Assembly: GCF_022539665.2 (NCBI RefSeq)
Contig: NC_081331.1
Span: forward strand, 13,826,001 to 13,890,000
From: Daphnia carinata
Lineage: Eukaryota
Length of the DNA: 64,000 nt
Direction: 5' to 3'
How positions within the stretch are numbered: the first letter of the stretch is position 1; each line of letters starts with the position of its first letter. This document shows, in pieces, positions 39,039 through 49,798 of the stretch. The notes below the pieces were generated by a model. The model worked only from the letters and a program-made list of their open reading frames with translations, was not told the DNA's origin and searched no databases. A program made the position numbers and the translations under genes.

Positions 39039-40600
39039 CTAGTTTTGAAGAAGGATGGCCATATATGTAACGACGGCTCCGATTAACTAATAATTCAGAT
39101 AAAAGCACTCAGCAATAATGGATTTTTTATTTGGTGAGGGATTTTAGCTTCCATCTTTTGAAAATTTTTTGGCAACACTTACAGCCGGGAGGAGATGAAG
39201 GCCAACTTTAAATAGTCCAGCAGCAGACAGGTGGACGCGATCTTCATCGATCTGCACTAACAGAGTCATCATCTGAAACATTTGAGAAGTCCATTTAGCA
39301 TAATTGAAATCCTCTTCCGTGTCATTCTGATATACTGATGGAATAAAGAAACTAACGGTAATTTTCTCGGCCATCGTTTCAGCAAACCCGGAGAGAGACA
39401 TGGCCGTAACACGTTCGTGAAGAAGACGAACCTGGAAGATTTGTTTCCAATTAGAAACACTTTTCATTCGTCTTATCTAAGCAAAGATGACACACCTGTT
39501 TAACTGGCATGCCAGCTGCAATGAAAAAAACTAATGTGCGAAGTGCCTCTGTCAGAAAAAGGAACGAATATATCCAAATGGCATTCTCCAGTAGGATATT
39601 TGTTATAAGGAAGCGGTAAATGTAGGCGAAGGCAGTGCTGATGACTGTGACGAATTTGATGCCCAACACAAACAAAGCAGGAGAGAGAAAATGCTGTTGA
39701 GTTCTGACGAGACCCGACAAAGATGGTCAAAAATCATCACATTTCGTTTCATTACTTCGATATTATCCCTCCTATAAGCCAATCAAGTTAAGAATAAAAA
39801 CTTCTTCTCAATTGATTATGGATTGTTTTATAGACTACACCTTTTGCGAACATTCGTTTGGATTTCTTCGATATCTTTCTTGTCGCAATGGAGCAATACT
39901 AGTTGTATATAATGCGCAACAATGTAATAACAGATGTGAACAAAGAGCAAAGAGCAGTCAAACATCACGGTGACAGAGGCTAAAGAGACGGACAAAGCTG
40001 CTACTGAGAAAGCGGCGATATTTTCTGGCAGAAGCAGAGCAAATACAGGCCCGATGGCAAACATCATACCTGCAGACTATGTTAAAATTTTTGAATACTT
40101 CAATTGCATACCTCCTCATGAGTAAGTGGCAATGATTAAATACTGACCGTTATTATGATAACAACAAAACCTATAAAAAATCGTGTCATTATGGAGCTCC
40201 TGTGCTCTGTGATGAACTTTTCGCCGAAGAGCACTTCAACATTTTGCACGGCTTGAACTGCGTTACTCAGGTGACGGCAGTTAAACGCAATCCAACGAGA
40301 TGAGACTAATTGAGCTAAGAAAGTAAGTGAGGTTACACCGTTCAAAATGATCAGCGTGATTGGAATGTTTCTATCCGTGGACAACACTTCTTGAAAATCA
40401 CTGCTCAAGTTTCCCATCACTACGACGATTGAAATTTGCAGAATCAAAACTGTCAAAAACCACCAGGTAGAGTAATCCTTAACAGAGAACGAAAAGCGTT
40501 CAAATTTCCCGGTAAATGAATTGCGTTCGATTGCGTAAGGAAACAAGCCGCAAACTTGGCAGAGGCTAACAAACGGCTGTAACTGTTCAAAGACGGACAT
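39039..40600 (-). pseudogene. Gustatory receptor GR6 with a 1-bp frameshift in exon 3 (pseudogene or sequence error)
   Basis: All six exons are present. Paralogs read TTC TCT CTA CCT GCT (FSLPA), whereas this copy reads TTCTCTCTCCTGCT at ~39681, shifting frame between CRVSSELNSIF and PALFVLGIKF. Confidence 0.8.
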
Positions 40601-41002
40601 GTTGAAGAATGGCGAGACATAATTGTTTTTCTTTTGTTGAATGTGCCTCTTCATTGATCCGATGTAACCATGGAAATGTGACTCTGTGGTGTCCACCTTA
40701 ACGAAATATTCTGGTGTTCAAAAGTGCCTGTTGACGCCTAGTTGATTGATTAAAAAGTAATTGGACAAACTTGCGTTCGTTTCCTTTCCGGTAACGCTTG
40801 ACATTTATCAAGAATCATCACTGATAAGCATGGCAAAGATATTTGGTTAATTCTTTTTTGTTTTCTATTTCCTCCGATACGTTTATGTCGTTTGAGAAAC
40901 AAAATATCGACGGAATTTCTTTAAGAATTAGCAAAGGGTTTTGGTCTTATTTTTCTCAAGTGCCTCCAGTTGTTTATTGGGCAACATTTCAACTGTTCCT
41001 CA

Positions 41003-42581
41003 CTAGTTTTGAAGGAGAATGACCATATAAGTGACGGCGGCTCCAGTTAACTAGTAATTCAAATAAAGTGAGTTAAGTATAATGGCATTGCATATATAGC
41101 GAGCGCTTTTTTTAGGCTTGCACCTTTCGAAAATCTTTGAACAACACTTACAGCCGGAATGAGATGTACTCCAACTTTAAATAATCCGGCGGCAGACAAG
41201 TGGACACGATCTTCGTCAATTTGTATCAGGAAGGTCATCATCTAAAACATTTAAATTGCCCATTTAATAATTGAATTCCTGTTCAGTAAAGATGCCGTCA
41301 AGGTGGTGATGGGATGATGAACTAACCGTCAGTTTTTCACAATGTGTTTTGGGAAATCCAGAGAGAGACATGGCAGTGACACGTTCATGAAGAAGACAAA
41401 CCTAATAAAAGATAAACATTTCATTTCGCTTGTCAGACAAGAATTGCAGTTGCTTTATTAGTTTGAAAGGAATTCGTGTAGTTTTACCTGGTTAACTGGC
41501 ATGTCGGCGGCGGTGAGGAGAACCATAATGCGCGTTGTTTCTATTACAAAGAGGAAAGGATATGCCCAGATGAGATTTTCCAACAAGTCTATCGTGTAAA
41601 TGAAGCGGTAAATGTAGATAAAGGCAGTAGTGACGACCGTGACGAATTTTATGATCAACAAAGCAAATACTGGAATGGAGATAATGCTATTGAGTGCAGA
41701 AGAGGCTCGACAAAGGTGATCGAATATCTGGGCCTGTCGTCTAATCATTTTAATTTTGCCCGTTCTATAAAACAATCAAATTGAGCATAAACAATTAATT
41801 TCAATGAAAACACATGGATGGCATCAGATACTACACCTTTTATGAACAGTCGCGTGAAATTCATCATCGGCTTCCTTTTTGCAACGCAACGATATCAGTT
41901 GTATATAATGTGCGATTATGTAATAGCAGATGTGGACAAAAAGTAAAGAGCAATCAAACATCACGTTGACGGAGGCTAAAACCGTGAACAAAGCTGTTAC
42001 TGAGTACACGTCTATATCTTTTGGCAAAAGCTCAGCATACATTGGCCCAAAGGCAAACATCCCGGTTATAGCCTATGTAAAAATGTTTAAAAATTCAACC
42101 GGAGCAGGTAAGAATGAATGTCATTTACCGCTGCCATAACAGCCGCAAAACCTATAAAAAATCTTGTCATAAGGGAACTCTGATGCTCTGCAATGAATTT
42201 CTCTCCAAAGAGACTTTCTGCTTTTTGCACTGCTTCGACTGCGTTGCCCAACAGACGATAGCTCAACGCCATCCAACGAGATGAGATGAGTTGAGCTAAG
42301 AAAGCAGACGAGACAATCCTGCTGAGAACAATCATTGTGGTTGGAATGTTTCTGTCTGTTGATAAGGCATCTTGTAAATCTCCGGCCAGGCGTGCTATCA
42401 CTACAACAATGGAAATTTGCAAAACCAAAACCAATAAAAACCACCATGTAGAAAGGTTTCTAATGGAAAGCGTGAATCGTTCAAATTTGCCGGTAGTTGG
42501 ATTGCGCTTCATTGCGTAAGGAATTAACCCACAAGCTTGGCAGAGGCTAACGAACGGTTGTAATTGTTCAAAGACGGACAT
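41003..42581 (-). CDS. Gustatory receptor GR7, 6 exons (close paralog of GR5)
   Basis: MSVFEQLQPF start; ends LTGAAVTYMVILLQN*. Confidence 0.9.
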
Positions 42582-43075
42582 GGTGAGAATGACGAAATGG
42601 CGAGTTGAACCTACGAATCGAATGGCTGTTGTTTTTCTGTGTAAAATTTGCCTATTAATTGAGGTAACCATAGAAATGGGACCCTATAGTATCCAACATG
42701 AGGGAACATCTTGTTGTTCAAACGTATCTGTTCGAAAGTTGAGTGATTAAAAAGTAATGAGATAAACACAATGTACGACTTGTCCTGTAACACGTCCTGG
42801 ATGACATCCCTGTAGTTGTTACTGATAAGCAAGATAAACACATTTAGGTAATTGTTCATGTGTTTTTTCCTTGACACGATTAGATCAACCGCCGATGGAC
42901 GACCCAATGAATTATTTATTAGAATATTTAAAAAAGGTGTGGCACTGCAAGCTGAGTAGGACCGCACTAGCAAACATGGAAACAACCTTCAATCCAATTA
43001 CGCCGATTACTGTAGTTGCTTGTTGCCGTTTGCTTTGCCCACATACTCACCTATGTATTCAGCTGCGTTATACCA

Positions 43076-43148
43076 GCATCTGTAGTGTAGTGGTTATCAC
43101 GGTTGTCTCACACACAACAGGTCCTCAGTTCGATCCTGGGCAGATGCA
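43076..43148 (+). tRNA. tRNA-Val(CAC), atypical body
   Basis: Cloverleaf with acceptor GCATCTG/CAGATGC + A73, D arm GTG/CAC, anticodon stem GTTGT/ACAAC with loop CT-CAC-AC, T arm CTCAG-TTCGATC-CTGGG. A TTTTT Pol III terminator follows immediately. Confidence 0.88.
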
Positions 43149-43563
43149 TTTTTATCGTTGTAATGGTTGTTAATATCTATGTCATTGTCTCTCGCCAGCG
43201 CATTTGGGCTATGATTGGCGTGAGTTCTTTTGCGTCGCATCGTAATGAGCCGACAACTCACACGATCGTTTTGCTCGGTTACACGGTATCGTTTTGCGCG
43301 CTGTACACACGCACCATCGATCTTTTCAATCTCTCTAATTCACTAGTGATGGCCTGTTTAATCCGATTAATCAAGTAGTGGAACGACAGGTTATGACTCA
43401 CGTCCATTTGAAACTCTTTAATATCCGTGGCCTTTTGGTACTGTAACGTACACCCTGACAACATTTCCATGGTTACGTAAACCTTGAAAACACATTAAAC
43501 ATCGAATATATATATGTCTGGGCATTCGTTCCAACTTGCCCAGATGTGCACTAACTGCCCACC

Positions 43564-45086
43564 ATGTCCGTTTTTGAACAGCTAAGGCCGTTCGTTAGCC
43601 TCTGCCAAGCTTGTGGTTTGATTCCTTACACAATGGAAAACAGTGTATCGTCAAAGAAATTCATTAAATTCACATTCTCCTTTAGACATTTCACTACGTT
43701 TTGGTTTTCCTTCATTTTCGTTTTACAATTAGCGACTATCGCAATAACAGTCTATTTTTCTACGAATCGGGCAGTTGATTTATTATTAGAGGGCAACGTT
43801 CCGCCCACGATCGCTGTTGTTTTCGGGATGAACTGGCTATCCAATATAGCTCAAATTTTAGCATCTCGATGGATATCCTTGCAGCACCGTCCACTGCGGA
43901 ACGCCATAGAAGCAGTGCAAGAAGTGGAGAGACTCTTTGGCAACAAATTTATCACGCAACATCAAAACTCTGTTACGACACGATTTATTTTTGGGTTTTT
44001 CCTTCTTCTTTTTGTGGTAAGAACGACCCATTACGGACTCATGTTTCCCCTGGAATCTTATCCAAATGTCGTATTTATTACGTTACACAGATTACAGGTT
44101 TGATGTTTGTTTTTATTCCTGTTTATCGATCATTGTTGCCATCGGACATGAGCGTCTTGGCAACAACAGCTCTCTTCTCTTTTGGAATGTTGGCCTCAGT
44201 CATGACCGAATGCATATTCTTACTGGCGCATCTCAGTTATTACATCATTTCTCATTACATTCATCTGCTTCTTCTACATCCAGAAAGTCATGACGAATTG
44301 CTAGTGATTTCTCAGAAAGAGTATGAAAACTATTTACAAATGTGTGATTGATTTTTAAACTCAAATATTGCTGGATTATAGGACGGGGTGTGGCACAAGA
44401 CAATGGGAAAGCAACGCACTGATATTTAATCATCTATGCCGAGCTTCATCAGAACTTAATAGCATTTTCTCTTTCCCAACCTTATTTATGTTGGCATCGA
44501 AATTCATCTCAGTTGTCAGCACAGCCTATGTCTACGTTTACAGTTTCGTTCGTCCAAATCCCGTATTGCAAGACTACAGCATGTCAATGCCATTCCTTTT
44601 TGTCACTGATTGGGTGCGAATTTTCATCGCCCTTTACGCCGCGGACATGCCCGTCAATCAGGTCTCTGCTATGGCATTATCATTCTTCGTAATCTAATGT
44701 CTTTTTCATCAACAGGTTCGTCTACTTCGCGAACGCATCATTGCACTGTCGCATTCTGGAACGCAAACGTTGACCGACAAAATTAATGTTGGTTTCTTTA
44801 TTCGTTTGTTAAAACGCAGTTGATCTACAATGAAAGTTTAACATTTGTTTTCAGGCAATGTCAATGCTGATGCAAACTGATGAAAATCGTGTACGTTTGT
44901 CTGCTGTTGGACTCTTCAACGTTGGCATGCATTTAATTCCGGCCGTAAGTTTGACGAATGATTGGCCTCCGAATTGGCAATGACATCTTTTTTTATGTCA
45001 ACAACCCAATAAAACATTTCCGTATCTTGGTTTTGAAGTTAACAGGAGCTGCAGTGACCTACATGGTCATCCTTCTTCAAAGTTAA
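43564..45086 (+). CDS. Gustatory receptor GR8, 6 exons, inverted relative to the rest of the array
   Basis: MSVFEQLRPFVSLCQACGLIPY; HLCRASSELNSIFS; LSAVGLFNVG; ends LTGAAVTYMVILLQS*. Confidence 0.9.
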
Positions 45087-45597
45087 TCAGACACTCTAAA
45101 TATGGGCAATGTCTTCCGATGAAATTGAATTGGCAGGTAAACAACTTGCCACGCCCAACAAGTAAATCTGCTTCTTTTGTTTCATGCGACATCGTTTGCA
45201 GCAGAAATGTTTTTTTATATTGTTATTTAAAATAAGAAGGAAGAGGTGGATGAGTTTTACCTTGCTGCTCCTTATTTTGGCTGTTCCCTTTCTCATGTTT
45301 CTCGTCACTCCAAAAACAACGTCATGGGATATCTCTTTGTTAAGGCAATCAACATGTCGACCCTGACTTTGGGTAGATATGTAGTTGCACGAAATGCCCT
45401 TTCTAAATAAACTGCGCCAAGGCATTTGTAGGAATGAAATCAAGTTACTGTTGCGTAAGCAGTCGCCCATCGTTGAAGACGGACATACGGGGAAATTGGG
45501 CTTTTAGTTGGAGGCTCTTATTTTCGGGGTATAAATAAGCGCGCGATTGATATTGCCAGTCAGTTCACTGCTCAGATTTTACTCTCACACAATCAAC

Positions 45598-46009
45598 ATG
45601 CACAAGTCTGTAAGTTGCAACTCTTTCTTTCAATCTTTAATTTAGCCAATTTGATATTTCACACTTAAACTAATTGTAAAATACTCTTTAAACAAAACAA
45701 AAGCTGCTGTTTACGTTGCTGTTTGCTGTCGCATCGATGATCGTTGCAGTGGATGCTGCACCGCAGAGTTCAGGCAGTTTGCTTTCCGATCGCTATGTCA
45801 GATATCTGTCTGAAGCTGCTTACGATTATTCTCCAGAATACTACGGTTACACCCGGACTGCGGATGGAAAAACTGTTGTTTACCACGGATCAGCTGAATC
45901 TTTCGAATGGGACGATTTGTTCGAAAGAAGAAGACTCGTCGCAACAAAAGATTTGACACTAAGGGATATCCTTACCCGCATTTCCGCCCGACCCGCTACA
46001 GTTTACTAA
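45598..46009 (+). CDS. Small secreted orphan protein. Exons 45598-45609, 45704-46009
   Basis: TATAAATA at ~45529, TCAGTT initiator at ~45560; MHKS|LLFTLLFAVASMIVAVDA signal peptide. Confidence 0.8.
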
Positions 46010-46639
46010 AAGCTGTTCCAGACTTTGTGCCGTTACCAGCAAAAAATTGTTACGAAACAAGTTTCGGACAATCTAAACTTGCCATGTTTTTAAATCTCTT
46101 CTTCTCACTGTTAATCTGCAAATCAAAACCTATCAGCGGTTGAATTGTTTTTTTCCATAAACGTCGTTGTTACTCACTCGAAATAAATATCAACAAACAT
46201 CCAAGGACGGAGTAAGTGTCAAATGAAGTAAAACGGGGCATTAAATCTTGCTGTTAATGTTTTCTTGTTGTACTAAATACTCCCCCAAAGCGGGATATGT
46301 TTTTTGAGATGAAGGCAATTGTTTCTTTTGGTGACGGTTATAACTTCCTCGTTAAAAATAAAAGGTAATTTTCAAGGTGTTGGCATTGATCACGCGTACT
46401 TGACCACCCAATCACCTTGCAATAGAGAGAGGAGGTACTTAGTGTGGTTCGGTATAAGACATCAGTATAAAAGTTATGTATTGCTTGTTCTACGCGTTTC
46501 CTACAGTAATAAATCCGTTGAGTTAAATCAAAAATAGGCACTGGGTAACATTAGAAACAAGTAGCTCTTGTGCTGTTGGGATTAAGTGATGAATAAAACG
46601 GAAGCTGGATACACAAGTAGGGAATATTAAAACAAGAAA

Positions 46640-47775
46640 CTAATCGTCGTACGTTTCGATAGAGTCCCGATCTTCAGTAGACTCACTTAATTGGAAGAAA
46701 TTCTTGAACATATTACCAGGAACCAGCCGATGGAAGTAGCGTGGAGCTTCAGGGGCTGAGAGGAAATGGGCGGAACGATACGACGTCGACAGTGGTGTTC
46801 CAGTCTTCTTAATAATCTTTCTCCCTTCTAAGTTGGTTGTCAATTTTCTACTCTGTTGCTTACGTCGACGGTCAAACTGCTCACTATTGGCCATACGAAC
46901 AGGAGAAAAAGCACCTGGATAAGGCCGAGATTGATGGTATTGGTGGATTTCGTATTGAGGAGCTACTGGAACCGGGACGGGCTGGGCGTAGGGAGCGACA
47001 ACAGGCACCTCAACAGCCACCTTCTGCACGTTGATTTTAGTTGGGTGCTGGACGGCCACCTGGGGAGTAATCTCGGAGACGCTGCGAGCCGGGGCCAACA
47101 CTTTCGATGTCTGTGCGTAAGATTCCTGGCCAGCAGTTTTGGTCTGAGCGAGTCCCATAAAATCAAAGTTGGTGACATGGGCACCTGCACCCAAGTTGGG
47201 CTTCATGATGTGAGCAGTTTGGCCAACGACAACGGGAGTTTCGGCGTAGTGGACGCGGGTCTCAAAGGTGTGAGGAACAACAGGCTGGACAGGAACCGGA
47301 GTTGCGATCTGGCCGGGCTGGCGAATGGCGTAAGAAATTGGAGACGGGGCGGAAATGGGAGCTGGAAAATTATATTCGATTTGGGGTTCCTCGACCCGAG
47401 ATGGTGGCGCATAGGAAATGCGAGCAGGAGTAGCTACTGGAACAGGAGGTGGAGCTGATATTGGCGCAGGAAAATCATATTCGATCTTGGTTTTGTCCTT
47501 AGTCAACGAGGCAGACGATGGAGATCCAAAGGAAGCTGCAGAAATGGGTGTAGGGAAATCAATTTCAACTTGAGACTTGGAAACGTCAGGAGTAGCGTAG
47601 GCGATTGGTTCCGGTTGGGCCGCACAGAGCGTGTCTGTCATGACCGGATTTGCCAATGCCAAAGCAAAAACGAGAGGAAGACAAACCTTTGAAAAAAAAA
47701 GAAAAGGATGGCAAAATGTAATTACATTGAATGAACTTAAGAGAAATTTTAAAGGTGACTTACGATGAAATGCAT
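46640..47775 (-). CDS. Family A protein A5 with a novel basic C-terminal extension. Exons 47775-47764, 47686-46640
   Basis: MHFI|VCLPLVFALALA; 3 degenerate YDFPAP repeats; conserved [11 protein letters not shown]...QHPTKINVQK core; TATAAATA at ~47839-47846. Confidence 0.88.
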
Positions 47776-48369
47776 ATTAAATCTATTCTCTTGGTTAGAA
47801 CTCAGCAGGAACAGTGATTCAGCTTAAAGAACGGCCCCTATTTATACGGAGAGGTGAACTGACGCCATGTTGGTTTTTTGCGTAAAAGGCTTCGTTTGGA
47901 TTTAACTTCCTATCTACTGCATCGTTTATAATCTTTCATCTTTTTTTTTCTTACAGCATTTCTTGTTATTGGGAGACGCCAGGCTATACGACCCGTATAG
48001 CCTTGCAAAACCATGATCAATATTGAGCAATGGAAAAGGACAACCGGCATGATTGAACGACGGTACCGGAACTAGCGGCATGAGTTTATTGTGACATGGA
48101 GCAACAAAAAAAAAAAAAAGGGAAAAGTACGAAAAATGAAATCCTTATCTCCCTGTAAACTAAAAAAAAATGATAATAATAAACCGCCGTTCGTGGATTC
48201 AAGTGCTGTGAGTTTGGTGACATTGGTTTAAGTAGCAGTAATAGAGGAAATGTCTTTGAATTTGAATAACTCAAAAACTATTAGGCGCACAAAAAAACGA
48301 AATTGATTTTCGGAATCACCGTTTTATTTTGCTACGAAATCATGTTTTGAAACTATCTAGGTGTTTGAA

Positions 48370-48870
48370 GAAATAATAAATGTCGGGCTTATTTTTTTGT
48401 CGGGCTTATTTTTGATACTCTTTTTCATAAAAACTTGGAACTCAATTAAATCTAACCTTTTCAGAATCAAAATTAAACGCTGGTTTCGAATATAATGCTA
48501 GTTTTCACGTTAATATTGCAGAATTTGAATAAACGCTATCAAATGGGTTTAAAGTGTATGCTACCGCAACAGCTGTTGTTAAACCGTTTTTTTTTGCTTT
48601 AACTAAAAAACTTTAAGTCCCACTTAAAAATAAAGTCCATTTTCGTGATTTCCGTTAAATTTTGAATCGAAATCACGTATTTTAAGCCATATCTATTTTT
48701 TAGCCAAAAATGAAAAAGTAGGAAGGCTATACCCTTCTCATTTTTGCCAAAATCTGCAAAAACACAAAATCTCTTGGAATTCGTTAAAAATCACACATTA
48801 TATTCAAAATTGAACGCTGATTTCAAAAATATAATTCTTTTCCGCGTCAAATCAGCCGTTTTCTAAATAC
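48370..48870. repeat. Possible non-autonomous DNA-transposon or dispersed repeat remnant
   Basis: TGTCGGGCTTATTTT x2 (x3 at 36701-36738), CTTAAAAATAAAGT shared with ~36736, and two copies of TCAAAATT(A/G)AACGCTG(G/A)TTTC at ~48467 and ~48804. Confidence 0.35.
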
Positions 48871-49255
48871 ATCGTATAAACCTGCTGGAGCACGCCAGCG
48901 CTGTAGCATACTGGCGCAGGGGCGTATTATCTGACTAATGTTTTTTTCATTAGTCCCACATGATATCACATTAGTCAATTAAGACCCATAGACTTCCATT
49001 AAGATAAAAGAGATAATAATAGCATAACTATTAAGTTGCAAAGTAAAAAATGGATGTCCTCCACTTGAAAAAAAAAGTAAGTTTAATAAAGTACCCAAAA
49101 AACATTTTATGAATTATTTAATAAATAAATGTTGTCCTTGATTTAGTCCTGCGATTCACATTCTGTGAAACCAGGGTGGAGTAGGACGTATTTTCTATCT
49201 CAACATGTCTGAAGTCGCACCGAATAGAAGGTACTTCCTACGACTCTGAGAATGT

Positions 49256-49327
49256 CACCTTTCGTGTGAATCGAACACACGACCTTTAACGTGACAGCCG
49301 CGTGCGATAACCATTCCCCCATGAATC
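49256..49327 (-). pseudogene. tRNA-like pseudogene or SINE head (GTC, Asp-like loop)
   Basis: Minus strand shows TGGTTATC, loop CT-GTC-AC, AGGTC and a perfect T arm GTGTG-TTCGATT-CACAC. Acceptor and anticodon stems do not pair. Confidence 0.55.
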
Positions 49328-49798
49328 ACTGTATAATGATAAGCTATTTCGGGTTAGCATGCGCATTAAAATCGTTCTTGGAAAGATGCGATACATTTCC
49401 GCCCTTGTTCAAAAAGGAACCTAATCGAATAAGATATAGGAGACAATTAAAATTCTTCTCGCATTGGTGAAAACTGCGTGATAAACTAATATGTTTTTAA
49501 AGCGATTCATCGGAAAAAGTGTATATTGTGCCTTGTGCTGTAACTGTAATGCGAATTGGATATCGAAACCGAGTCACTGAGAATTGGGATGAAGGAACAG
49601 CTTGAGGCCGAATGAGACAATCCCGTTAAAAAAACAAACAAAAAACAGATGAATAACAAAACAACCCGAAAATGGAAATGCCAGAGTATCGTTGTGACTT
49701 TGAGGCAAGTCAGAGAGAAACATAACCTTATAAACGACAAATTATTAAAGAGATTGCCAATGATTAAGATTAACTAAGAATTACATACGGACAACATA

